Positions 32,185 to 44,173 of a DNA stretch of 64,000 bases are shown here, one piece after another. Position 1 is the first letter of the stretch, and every line of letters starts with the position of its first letter. This DNA comes from Eledone cirrhosa (lineage: Eukaryota), in contig OZ024744.1 of assembly GCA_964016885.1 (NCBI GenBank), positions 114,328,001 to 114,392,000 of the forward strand. The letters run 5' to 3'. The notes beneath the pieces are model-generated. The model was not told the DNA's origin. It made no database searches and worked only from the letters and a program-made list of their open reading frames with translations. The position numbers and the translations under genes are program-made.

Positions 32185-32521
32185 TATAGAATGGAAAACG
32201 AAAAATCAGCGATGAATCGGAACTCAATTTATTGTGTTTTACAATTGTTTCCACGGCGAGCAGCTCGAGGTGCGATCTGTGAATGGATTGACCTGATTTA
32301 GGATTCGCAGGTTCCTCGGACATGTCTATTGATTTCGGAGCATATCCTTTTCAAAAGAGGATATACTCTGAAATCAATAGACGTGTCCGAGTAACCTGCG
32401 AGTCCAGAGTCAGGTCGATCCACACACAGATCGCACCTCAAGCTGTTCGCCGGGGAAACAACTGTAACACACAATAAATTGCGTTCCGATTCATCACTCA
32501 TTTTTCGTTTTCCATTCTATA
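32185..32521. mobile_element. Fully palindromic MITE/foldback element (~337 bp) at a TA site
   Basis: Ends TATAGAATGGAAAACGAAAAAT / ATTTTTCGTTTTCCATTCTATA; the arms stay complementary with scattered mismatches to a centre at ~32353; no coding capacity. Confidence 0.85.
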
Positions 32522-32586
32522 ATACTCTGCTCCGTAGGGGAATAGAGTGCTCAACCGGCATACCGCCTATGGAAGCATCGACATTA

Positions 32587-32862
<276 letters not shown>

Positions 32863-32973
32863 TAAAAAGCGTTACAACTTTGTCTGATTTACTCGTTTTA
32901 TTTACAATCCTTTAAAATTATAATGATATTATAATGAAATAGTATGGTAGAATATTAAATGTTAAGTGTTAAT

Positions 32974-33012
32974 TGAACAAGTACTTTCATGCTTTCGTAA
33001 TCTTCAGGTTCA
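32974..33012 (-). ncRNA. Minimal type I hammerhead ribozyme-like motif (Penelope pLTR type), stem II degenerate
   Basis: Minus strand TGAAC-CTGAAGA-TTACGAAAGCAT-GAAA-GTAC-TT-GTTCA: 5-bp stem I, intact core, palindromic AAGTACTT in place of stem III. Lies in an AT-rich segment bounded by (TA)n. Confidence 0.55.
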
Positions 33013-33047
33013 TATTCAGAGGTGACAGTCAAGTTTGGAATTTTCAA

Positions 33048-33078
<31 letters not shown>

Positions 33079-33204
33079 ATCTGAGTTTTTCGAATATTAA
33101 TAATAATATTCGATTCGTTTGCAATTATGCAAACAAGCCTAATTTTTAAAGCAATGTCAGTAGAATGAACCCTTCATTCTTGCTCTTGTGTTGGCATGTA
33201 AACA

Positions 33205-33254
33205 GAACTGCAGACACTAATGTTTCTGGGTATCACCCTTCATCAGTACAGCTC
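33205..33254 (-). ncRNA. Type I hammerhead ribozyme motif with GUC cleavage triplet
   Basis: Minus strand GAGCTGTA-CTGATGA-A-GGGT-GAT-ACCC-A-GAAA-CAT-TA-GTG-TC-TGCAGTTC: complete core and stems I-III. Stem I extends further (GTGAACAG/CTGTTTAC, GTTGGCA/TGCCAAC, GCTCT/AGAGC). Confidence 0.75.
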
Positions 33255-33562
33255 ACTGTTCACCTGCCAACTGTCAGAGCTAGTGAAAATATAGGCTATT
33301 TTCTAAAATATACAGTGACTGATCGGCCTGATTTGCAAATTAGCAGACTGGCTGATAAAAACATTTTTTATTCATTTTTCATTAATAAAAAAAATGATAT
33401 TACTTAAAATACATGGCAACTAACTATATACTTTCATTGGTACTCAGAGTTTCATGATGGTATCAATTAATTGGAAAGTTAACTGTAATAGTAAACTTTG
33501 GATGCAGCAAATGTACATGGATATTTCATAGTAAAAGCAGTCGTTAAATATACCGTTTTTAA

Positions 33563-34218
33563 TCCCAAGAAAGCTCCATAGAAGTAGTTGATAGCTTCTG
33601 CTACCTAGGTGATCCAATTAGCAGAGGAGTGGTGGAGGTTGTTCTGAGAATATAGTAGCTAGAATAAGGACAGGATGGAAGAAGTTTAGGGAGCTACTAC
33701 CTTTGTTGACAAACAAAAGGCTTCTCTTGATGAAAGAAAGGCTAGCTGTATGACACCTGTGTATGATATTGTGTGGTAGTGAGACATGGGCAGTGACTGC
33801 AGAGGACATGTCTAAGCTGGAGAGAAATGAAGAGAGTAGGCTTCATTGGATGTGCAATGTTAATGTGAGAGAATAACAAAACCTTGATGAACTGAGAGAG
33901 AGACTAGGTATAAGAAGAATCAGATGTATTGTGTAGGAGAGGAGACTGCACTGGTATAGACATGTGATGTGTTTGGATGATGATTGTTGGGTGAAGAAGT
34001 ACCAAGAAATCCCAGTGGAAGGAAGTTACAGTAGAGGAAGAACTGGGAGGAGGTTGTGAGAGCTGATCTCATATTACTGAGACTCACAGTGGAGATGACA
34101 AAGGATTATGACATGTGGAGAGATGCTGTGCTGGAAAGGAGCCATCCAACCCATGCAAGGAAGGAAGAACAGATATGAAAACAATGATGATGATGATGAT
34201 GATGAGGATGATGATGAA
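33563..34218 (+). mobile_element. RTE-clade LINE 3' fragment with (GAT)n tail, pseudogenised
   Basis: SIEVVDSFCYLGD, RIRTGWKKFRELLPLLT, GSETWAVTAEDM, WVKKYQEIPVEG with stops and frameshifts; GAT-repeat tail at ~34184-34218. Confidence 0.85.
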
Positions 34219-34314
34219 TGTCTGTGTCCGAATGTCCTATCTGTTCATACTCCACCCCTTCTCGAAAGAGATGGGAGAATAGTATGGACACATCACAATA
34301 TATATATATATATA

Positions 34315-35567
34315 TGAGTTTGGTACTAGAAATGAGGAAGGCTTCGGGATCCTGGAATTCTGTGATGCAAATGACCTGACTGTCTGCAACACAAACTTCA
34401 AAAAATGTGACAGTCATTTGATCACCTATAGATCAGAGGAGCACACCAGCCATATAGATTATATTCTTACTAGGAAACGAGACAGAGTGTCTTTTATGAA
34501 CATTAAGTCCCTCCCTCGTGAAGAATGCAACATAATTTAATAGTTAGTGACCTCATAGTCAGGGTCAGACGTAATTGCCGGCAGAGGAATACCTTAAGGA
34601 GAAGATTATGGAAGTTGAAGAACCCCACAGCCAGTAACGAATTTAAAGGCATATTATTTGATGCTTTTGATAGTAAGGAAGAGCAATTAGAGAAATACAA
34701 TATGGAGGAACAGCGGGAATTCCTGAAAGTTAATCTGTTGAAGGTGACTGATGAAATCTGTGGATGGAGCAGACCCTTAGGCAGGAGGAGAGTGACATGG
34801 TGGTGGAACAGTAAGGTGGAGGTGTCCATCAAGGGCAAAAAACAGGCTTGGAAAGAATGGCAGGATGGGGTTAGTTGAGAACACTATCAAGTGGCCAGGA
34901 GAGAAGTTAGGAGACAAGTATACTTTGCAAAGAGGGAAGCAGAGGACAGTAAGTTCAAGCATATTCTACATCAGGAGGACCAAAGAAGTGAGGTGTTCAT
35001 GATTGCGAGGCAATGTGTCAAGGAGAACTGTGGTATTGTCGGGGAGATCTGTGTCTGCATTAACGATGGTATACTTGCCCTCACTGATACTGATAAGAAG
35101 GTAGCCTGGAAGTGTCACTACGAGAGACTACTGAATGTGGAGAATGAATGGAATAAAGATAGTCTGCCCCATATTGATCCAATAGAAGGACCAGCAGTGC
35201 AAGTTAAAGGTAGTATAGTAAGTAAGGCAATCAAAGATATGAAGACAGGCAAGGCAGCTGGGCCTTCAGAGATAGTTGCTGAAATGTTGAAGGTATCTGG
35301 ATTGGTGGGACATACTATGGTCACCCGGATAGTAAACCAAGTCATACAGAATGGGGTCATACCAAATGACTGGCATAGCAGCAGCATCGTCAACTGTTAC
35401 AAGGGCAAAAGAGACGCCCTGAATAGAGGAAACTATCGGCGCATTAATTTAGTTGACCAAGTCATGAAGGTCACAGAAAGAGTTATTATTCAACTGATTA
35501 GAGACCAAATTGATCTAGATGCAATGGCCTTGCTCAGTATGTAGGAAAGGTGTAGGTAGAAACTCCA
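34315..35567 (+). mobile_element. RTE-clade LINE fragment: end of AP-endonuclease, linker and start of RT
   Basis: FGTRNEEG, NTNFKK, HLITYRS..HTSHIDYILTR (APE); TWWWNS; KTGKAAGPSEIVAEMLK..IPNDW..YKGKRDALNRGNYRRINL (RT domains 0-1). An internal deletion jumps to WPCSVCRKGVGRNS. Confidence 0.9.
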
Positions 35568-37087
35568 CGATTAGAGTTGGTGATTTTAGACTTCATAGAT
35601 GGGCAGCAAGAGTAACTAATTTTAACTACATTTCTATTAAATATCTTATATTATCTATGATTAGGGGGAAAATGCTTATCTAGGAGGTCAAGGAATTTCC
35701 TTCCTACATTAGTTTTGACAGTTAGAGAGAAGGGGGGGGGGTGTAAACCAAATAATTTTCCTTTTCCTATTATTGTGATTAGTTTTAGGGAGAGGGGTAG
35801 GTAAATATGTAATCTGTTCTGTAAAGCCGCTGTTATTGAGGGCTTTATTATAATAAGGGGCAGCTTTATTAAAAATGTCTAGAGAAGAAGATAAAGTAGA
35901 AATCCTACGGCTAATATTGGGAATAAGATTTTTTTAAACTATAGGGGGATGGCAAGACTCTTTGTGTATATATCTTAGATTCTCGTTAGGTTTATGATAA
36001 GGTTTAAAAAAGGCAGTAAGTAGATCAAGATTAATATCAAGAAAGTTAGCATTGGTAAGGTTCGTATCTATAGTAATTTTAAGGTTAAGATTAGCAAAAG
36101 TATTGATTAAATCTTTACGGAATTTATCAAGGTTATGGCCGTTGGTGGTATGAGAAACTGCCAATCCGTCGTCACGGTATAAACTGATATTATGGGAAGG
36201 AAATTTCTCTGTAAGGGTGTGGAGAAGAATAAACCTACTAAGTCACACACATCCGCACTGTCATATGAACCCATTGCAACATCAAAAGAGTTTTCAGGGC
36301 TTGACTTTTTAACCCAAATACTTTCATTAGTAAAGAGTAGAGTTTTCCTAGCATGAAAGATAATGTCTTCTTCTAATTTAGAAATATTAATGAAAGGTCT
36401 TGCAAAATCTAAGGCTTTAGTTAATAATTGTTTCTACTTTAGGCACAAGGCCAGCAATTACCCAGTGCATTACTGGTACTTTATTTTATCGACCCCGTAA
36501 AATGAAACAGTAATAGACAATATCAACAGTAAAAATCAACAATATCAAATTGGGTAAATCTTCACTTAATTTTACCTTGTATATTATTAAACCAAGAAAT
36601 AACAGAGGATGTGTTTAACCATTGTGATAAGTCAGTCTTAGTTCTAATTTGGAGAATTATTTTTCTTAAGATTTTTTTACTTGCAAGGCCAAGTTCGGAT
36701 TTAGCCGGGTTAATCAGTCTACAACTAGGTCGATTAGTAAAGTCTAATTTAGGCTTTCAATCCGGTTGTCTATTTTTAAAGAACTAGCTAGTTCTTTAGC
36801 TTCTTTATTAATAGTATTGTAGGTGTTATTGTTAGCTAATTGATATTTGTTGGTGATACTATTAGTTAAAAGTTGGTTATACAAAATACTATTAACTTCA
36901 AAGAGATTTTTAGTTTTATCGGAAAGAACAAAAGTGTTTGTAGAATTTTTAAAATTAGAAATATCGTTAGAAAGTTTAGTTTGAAAATTATTACTGTACT
37001 TACGAAATTTGATATCACTAATTAAATTAACAAGATCTAATTCGAAGTTGGCCATGTCTTTAATTCTAGGTGGGTATTTACGGGATT

Positions 37088-37088
<1 letters not shown>
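35568..37088 (-). mobile_element. Penelope-like retroelement, RT-containing ORF, decayed
   Basis: Minus-strand peptides: IKFRKYSNNFQTKL..DKTKNLF; PTCRLINPAKSELG; FDIVDFY; FDVAMGSYD; SLYRDDGLAV (catalytic YxDD); NFLDINLDL..KPYHKPNE; IIWFTPP..FSLTVKTNVGRKFL..DKHFP..KISYSC. Clade not assigned. Confidence 0.85.
36424..36507 (-). mobile_element. 5'-truncated SINE inserted into the Penelope-like element
   Basis: ggggtcgataaaataaagtaccagtaatgcactgggtaattgctggccttgtgcctaaagtagaaacaattatt, near-identical to copies at 41868-42050 and 61076-61205. It interrupts the host ORF between ..SIT and QLLTKALDFA. Confidence 0.8.
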
Positions 37089-37281
<193 letters not shown>

Positions 37282-37282
37282 A

Positions 37283-37400
37283 CGTATACCTCAGCTTGCC
37301 TTGTTTCCAGCTTCATCAGTTTTGAAGTTATGGTCGTTTTTCTTAGTATTATATGACAAAAATAAACCCCTTGTTATGTCAGTCTGCCAGAAATATTAAA
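37283..37400 (-). mobile_element. Probable Penelope pLTR remnant with inactivated hammerhead core
   Basis: Minus CTGATGA-AGCT-ggaaacaaggca-AGCT-GAGG-TATAC (GAAA replaced by GAGG), upstream of the Penelope-like ORF on the same strand. Confidence 0.45.
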
Positions 37401-37580
37401 CCATAAAAACACTAAAAGCAAACAATAAAAGTATGTAAAATGACAGAATACTAAAATACATAATGTAATGTAGGGAAAGCCTACTAGTGGGAGAGTTAAT
37501 TCGATTTTCCACTATTTTATGCAAGTGTTGACTTCTGGAACCAATTAACAACGTAGCATGAGGTATACCTGTGTGTGTCT

Positions 37581-37584
<4 letters not shown>

Positions 37585-37647
<63 letters not shown>

Positions 37648-37657
37648 TATATATTTG

Positions 37658-37719
<62 letters not shown>

Positions 37720-37735
37720 TGTGTGTGTGTGTGTA
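37585..37735. repeat. Compound (TA)n/(CA)n/(TG)n/(GA)n microsatellite
   Basis: Directly visible. Confidence 0.95.
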
Positions 37736-37922
37736 TAGAACAATAAAAACAAAACAAAAATCAGGGTTAAGTAGTTAATTAATTCGTTTTGGAAAATTGA
37801 TTGATTGTGGAAGATCGATGTATCAAGTTGTATGGCACTAGCTATGTCTCTAACAGTTTCTAGTGTCAAAATTCCTGATCAATCGACCGCCCGTGTCATG
37901 GATATCTTTTGAAAATACAAAC

Positions 37923-38053
37923 CTCTGAGTATGACAATTCTTCAATGGCTACCAATCTTCCAATACCTGTCGGTGATGTGTAATCCCATATTGTATAAAC
38001 AGGCATTCTATCGGCATTTGAATCAAACTGGACAGGACTCATGATGGCATCAC
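37923..38053 (-). CDS. Exon 4 of 4 seen: receptor guanylyl cyclase / natriuretic peptide receptor-like ectodomain
   Basis: Acceptor aatattcag; phase 1 start completes Ser; DAIMSPVQFDSNADRMPVYTIWDYTSPTGIGRLVAIEELSYSE; probable donor GAG/gtttgt. FDSNADR matches the family's IDENGDR-type motif. Confidence 0.8.
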
Positions 38054-38196
38054 CTGAATATTGGAATTAAATTTTAGTTAAGGAGCTGAAAAACCATTCA
38101 ATTCTAACAAATACGTTAAACTTTGGCCTTTTAAAACAACATGAAGGTTGCAAATTAACTTTTAGCTTCCACAGGGTAAACTAATTATGAGACAAG

Positions 38197-41100
38197 ATAA
38201 CACTGATATAACACTGTCATACAACACTGTCATAACAACACTGTCATAACAACACTGGCATAACAACACTGATAGAACAACTCTGTCATTACAACACTGT
38301 CATAACACTGTCGTAACAACATTGTCATAACAACACTGTCAAAAATACACTGTAGTATTAATACTGTCACAAATACACTGTCGCAATGACACAGTCATAA
38401 CAACACTGTCATAACAACACTGTCATAAAAACACTGTCGTAACAACACTCTCATAACAACACTATCATAACAACACTGATGGAACAACACTGCCATAACA
38501 ACGCTGTCATAACAACACTGTCATAACAACACTGTCATAACAGCACTGTCATAACAACACTGTCATAACAACTCTGTCATAACAACTCTGGCATAACAAC
38601 ACTGTTATAACAACACTGCCGTCACAACACTGTCTTAATATCACTGTCTTGACAACACTGTCATAACAACACTATCATAACAACACTGTCATAACAACAC
38701 TGCCGTCACAACGCCGTCTTAACAACACTGTCATAACACTGTCGTAAGAACATTGTCATAACAACACTGTCAAAAATACACTGTAGTATTAATACTGTCA
38801 TAAATACACTGTCGTAATAACACTGTCATAACAACACTGTCATAACAACACTGTCATAAAAACACTGTCGTAACAACACTCTCATAACAACACTATCATA
38901 ACAACACTGATAAAACAACACTGCCATAACAACGCTGTCATAACAACACTGTCATAACAACACTGTCATAACAACACTGTCATAACAACTCTGTCATAAC
39001 AACTCTGGCATAACAACACTGTCATAACAACACTGTCATAACAACACTGCCGTCACAACACTGTCTTTACATCACTGTCTTCACAACACTGTCATAACAA
39101 CACTGTCATAACAACACTGCTGTCACAACGCTGTCTTAACAACACTGTCTTAACAACACTGTCATAACACTGTCGTAACATCATTGTCATAACAACACTG
39201 TCATCACAGAACTGTTGTAACAACACTGATATAACACTGTCATAACAACACTGTCATAAAAACACTGTCAAAACAACACTGACTTAACAACACTGACATA
39301 ACAACACTGTCATAACAACACTGTCATAACAACACTGTCGTAACAACACTGCCATACCAACACTGCCATACAACACTGTCATAAATACACTGTCGCAATA
39401 ACACTGTCATAATAACACTGTAGTAACAACATTGTCATAACAACACTGTAAAAAATACACTGTCATATTAACACTGTCATAAATTCACTGTCGTAATAAC
39501 ACTATCATAATAACACTGTCATACAACACTGTCGTAACAACACTGTCATAACAACACTCTCACAACGACACTGATAGAACAACACTATCATAACAACACT
39601 GTCATAACACTGTCGTAACAATATTGTCATAACAACACTGTCGTAACAACACTCTCATAACAACACTGCCATAACAACACCGTCGTAACAACACTGACAT
39701 ACCAACACTGCATACAACACTGTCATAAATACACTGTCTTAATAACACTGTCATAAAAACACTGTAGTATTAATACTGTCATAAATACACTGTCATAACA
39801 ACGCTCTCATAGCAACATTGTCATAACAACATTGTCATAACAACACTGATATAACACTGTCATAACAACACTGTCATACCAACACTGTCATAACAACAGT
39901 GTCATAAAAACACTGTCATAACAACACTGTCATAACAACACTGTCATAACAACACTGTCATAACAACACTGTCATAACAACACTGTCATAACAACACTGA
40001 CATAACAACACTGATTGTACAACGCTGTCATAACACTGTCATAAGAACACTGTCTTAACAACATTGTCATACCAACACTGTCATAGCAACAGTGTCATAA
40101 CAACACTGTCATATTAACACTGTCATAACAACACAGTCGTAATAACATTGTCATAACAACACTGTCGTAACAACATTGTCGTAACAACAGTGTCGTAAGA
40201 ACACTGTCGCAACAACACTTCGACTGTCGTCACAACACTGTCATAGCAACACTGTCGTAACAACACTGTCGCAACAACACTGTCGTAACGATACTCTCGT
40301 AACAACAGTCATAACAACACTGCCATAACAACTCTAACAAAACAACACTGTCATAACAACACTGTCATAAAAACACTGTCGTAACAACACTGTCTTAAAT
40401 ACACTGTCGTAATAACACTGGCATAAATACATTGTCGTAACAACACTGTCATAACAACACTGTCATAACAACACTCTCATAACAACACTGTCTTAACACT
40501 GTCATACAACACTGTCATAACAATACTGTCATGACAACACTGACATAACAACACTATCATAAATACACTGTCGTAACAACACCGTCATAACAATATTGTC
40601 ATAAAAACATTGCCATAAATACACTGTCATATTAACACTGTCATAAATACACTGTCATATTAACACTGTCATAATTACACTGTCGTAATAACACTGTCAT
40701 AACAACACTGTCGTAACAACACTGTCATAACACACTGTCGTAACAACACTGTCATAACAACATTGTCATAACAACACATTCATAACAACACTGATAGAAC
40801 AACACTGTCATAACACTGTCGTAACAAGATTGTCGTAACAACACTGTCGTAACCACACTCGCATAACAACACTGTCATAACAACATTGTCGTAACAACAC
40901 TCTCATATCAACACTGCCATAAAACACTGTCATAAATATACTGTCGTAATAAACTGGCATAACAACACTGTCATAACACTATCGTAATAACATTGTCATA
41001 ACAACACTGTAGTAACAACACTGTCGTAACAACACTTTCGTAACATCAGTCATAACAACACTGTCATAATGACACTGTCATAACAACTCTGTCGTAACAA

Positions 41101-41547
41101 CACTGTCATAACAACTCTGTCATAACAACACTGTCATAACACTGTCGTAACAACATTGTGATAACAACACTGTCATCACAGAACTGTTGTAACAACACCG
41201 ATATAACACTGTCATAACAACACTGTCATAAAAACACTGTCAAAACAACACTGACTTAACAACACTGACATAACAACACTGTCATAACAACACTGTCCTT
41301 AAAACACTGTTATAACAACACTGACATAACAACACTGACATAACAACACTGTCATAACAACACTGTAGTTAAAACACTGTTATAACAACACTGACATAAC
41401 AACACTGTCATAACAACACTGTCGTAAGACTGTCATAACAACACTATCATATCAACACTGTCATAACAACACTGTCGTAACACTGTCATAACAACACTGT
41501 CATAACAACACTGACATAACAACACTGATTGAACAACACTGTCATGT
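38197..41547. repeat. 14-bp minisatellite, unit AACAACACTGTCAT, heterogeneous, ~240 copies
   Basis: Visible periodicity with many substitutions and 11-bp deletion variants. Confidence 0.97.
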
Positions 41548-41559
41548 AACTCTATTCTG

Positions 41560-41728
41560 CTACGTTACGACCCTTAACGTTCTGAGGTCCAGTCCTACTA
41601 AGGTTAGCTTTGCCTTTCATCCTTAAGGTGCCGATAACATACCAATAATACACTGGGATCAATTTAATCAACTTTGCTTTCCTCTAATTGTTTGTCTTGT
41701 GCCTACATCCTAAATAATAATTATTATT
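41560..41728 (+). mobile_element. Diverged tRNA-derived SINE copy
   Basis: gttctgaggtcc (B-box-like), ctttgcctttcatcctt..gataa..tacca..cactggg central domain, ttgtgccta end and AAT/ATT tail; same family as 41868-42050 in the opposite orientation. Confidence 0.65.
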
Positions 41729-41867
41729 GTTTGAAACTTCCTTTGAGTTCTGCTTCTTTCCCAAGCCATGCCAAGTGTCAATCTGATACCTGAGGCAAAT
41801 TTAGATAATACACACATTTTATAATCAATTATCATACAAATGATGCCACAGGTGCACAAACAACAGT

Positions 41868-42050
41868 AATAATTGTTTCTACTTTTGGCACAAGGCCAGC
41901 AATTACCCAGTGCATTACTGGTACTTTATTTTATCGACCCCGGAAGGATGAAAGGCAAAGATAAACCTTGGCGGGATTTGAACTCAGATCATACAGGGAG
42001 GTAACTCTATGCTTCAAAGCATGGCATCCGACCCTCTACCGATACTGCCA
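41868..42050 (-). mobile_element. tRNA-derived SINE, near full length
   Basis: Minus strand TGGCAGTATCGGT (A box), GAGTTCAAATC (B box), gcctttcatccttccggggtcgataaaataaagtacc central domain (resembles MetaSINE-type cores), ATT tail. Confidence 0.8.
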
Positions 42051-42075
42051 AATAATAATTAGTTGCGCTATAACT

Positions 42076-43820
42076 GATGGAAGGAGTTATAGCACAACTA
42101 ATTAGGGATAGAGTCAAATTAGATGAGATGCACTTTAGTTTTCATGCATGGGAAAATTACTACAGATGTCCTCTTTTGAGACAACTATAAGAGAATTTCC
42201 TAGCCAAAAATAAGGCTTTTTATCTGGTGGTCTTAAAGAATTTAGTTATAGAAGAATGGCTTGTGAGAGCTTGTAAGTCATGCACAGAGGAGCTCTCAGT
42301 AAAGTGAGAGTAGGAAATGAGTTTAGTGAGGAATTCAAGGTATAGATAGGAGTTCATCAAGGTTCAGTTCTTAGCCCATGGCTGTTTATTATAGTCTTTC
42401 AGGTCATAACAGAGGAGTTTATGACTGGCTGTCCATGGGAACTTCTCTATACAGATTATTTGGTCCTTATAGCTGAATCCATAAAAGAACTAGAAAATAA
42501 GTTCTGCTTTTGGAAACAGAATTTAGAATCAAAAGCCCTAAGAGTAAACTTAGCCAAAACTAAAGTGCTGATAAGTAGGAGAGAATGTAGGTCCCTGATT
42601 CCTTCAGGGAATTGGCCCTGCTCAGTATGTAGAAAGGGAATAGGCATAAACTTCATACTATGTACACAGTGTGAATCGTGGATACACAAGCAATATAGTG
42701 AAATAACAAGTAAGCTTACAGGAAGGGAAGACTTTGTATATAGAAGATGCACAGGCATAACTGATGGGGAAATGATATAAACCTTACCAAATCCCAGGAT
42801 CTATAGAAGTGGTTGATAATTTCTGCTACTTAGGTGATCTAATTATCAATGGAAGAGGTGCCCTGAGAGTACAAGAATAAGGAGCTGGAATAAGGATAAG
42901 ATGGAAAATGTTCAGAGAGCAGCTCCCACTGACTACAAAAGATTTCTCCTTATGTACAAAAGGACGACTGTATGACACCTGTGTGAGAAGTGTGAGGCTG
43001 CATGGAAGTGAAACATGGCCTGTGACTGTGGAAGACATGTGGTGCTACATGGAAGTGAAACATGGCCTGTGACTGTGGAGGACATGTCGTGCTACATGGT
43101 AGTGAAACATGGCCTGTGACTGTGGGGACATGTGGTGCTACATGGTAGTGAAACATGGACTGTGACTGTGGAGGACATGTGGTGTTACATGGTAGTGAAA
43201 CATGGACTGTGACTGTGAAGGACATGTGGTGCTACATGGTAGTGAAACATGGACTGTGACTGTGGATGGCATGTGGTGCTACATGGTAGTGAAACATGGA
43301 CTGTGACTGTGGAGGATATGTGGTGCTACATGGTATTGAAACATGGACTGTGACTATGGAAGACATGTGGTGCTACATGGTAGTGAAACATTGGCTGTGG
43401 CTGTGGAGGGCGTGTGGTGCTACATGGTAGTAAAACATGGACTGTGACTGCAGAGGACATGTGTTTGATTGAATAGAAATGAAGCAACCATGCTCCGTTG
43501 GACGAGTTGGGGGAGGAGCTGGGTTTAAGAGAGATTTGAGGTGGTGTGTAAGAGAGGAGACTGCATAAGCACAATGATAGTTGGGTGAAGAAGTGCCAGG
43601 AAATCCCAGTGGAAGGAAATCACAGTAGAGGATGACAAAGAAAGATCTGGGCAGAGGTTGTGAGAGCTGAACTCAAATCACTGAAACTCACAGAAAAGAT
43701 GACAAAGGATCGCGAGGTGTGGAGAGATGTTGTGCTGAGAAGAACCCATCAAACTCATGCAAGCATAGAAAAACGGACGTAAAAACAATGATGAAGGTGA
43801 TGATGATGATGATGATGATG
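42076..43820 (+). mobile_element. RTE-clade LINE, RT to 3' end, pseudogenised, with internal tandem amplification
   Basis: GVHQGSVLSP, GCPWELLYTDYLVL (decayed YADD), LRVNLAKTKV, WPCSVCRKG..CTQCESWIH, EVVDNFCYLGD, HGSETW, (GAT)n tail. Confidence 0.9.
43001..43462 (+). repeat. 47-bp tandem repeat (~10 copies) made from RTE coding sequence
   Basis: Unit catggtagtgaaacatggactgtgactgtggaggacatgtggtgcta corresponds to the HGSETWAVTAEDM segment, which is single-copy in the other RTE copies. Confidence 0.92.
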
Positions 43821-43906
43821 TTTCTAAATTAGGCACAAGGTCAACAATTTAGAAGGAAGGAGTAAGTTGATTATATCAACCATTTAACAGTCAGGGGAAT
43901 TGAGGG

Positions 43907-43910
<4 letters not shown>

Positions 43911-43970
<60 letters not shown>
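43911..43970. repeat. (GA)n microsatellite directly after the exon 3 donor
   Basis: Directly visible. Confidence 0.97.
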
Positions 43971-43972
<2 letters not shown>

Positions 43973-43976
43973 ATAC

Positions 43977-44112
43977 TTATAAAAGTTATATTTCGTGCTA
44001 TTTCCAACATTAGGCTCCCATTTCTGTAATCCAGATGACTTGTTATACATTTTTCAACCAAGAGAGCGTAGATGAAAATGGCATCATACAAATAGGAACT
44101 ATAGTGAGAACC
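43977..44112 (-). CDS. Exon 3 of 4 seen: receptor guanylyl cyclase / natriuretic peptide receptor-like ectodomain
   Basis: Acceptor ttttttctattttag; GSHYSSYLYDAIFIYALLVEKCITSHLDYRNGSLMLEIARNITFI plus 1 nt; donor gtatgt. YLYDAxxxYA and NG..M..N.TF are ANF-receptor family motifs. Confidence 0.88.
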
Positions 44113-44173
44113 CTAAAATAGAAAAAAAATCACTTTTAGTCCAAATACAACAACAAAAAGATTTTAAATAAAT

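Noticed and set aside
37291-37383. Possible terminal exon [30 protein letters not shown] (minus, after ctggcag, phase 0)
   Set aside because: No similarity to the expected receptor sequence; it overlaps a hammerhead remnant and is better explained as a Penelope pLTR relic. RNA-seq could overturn this.
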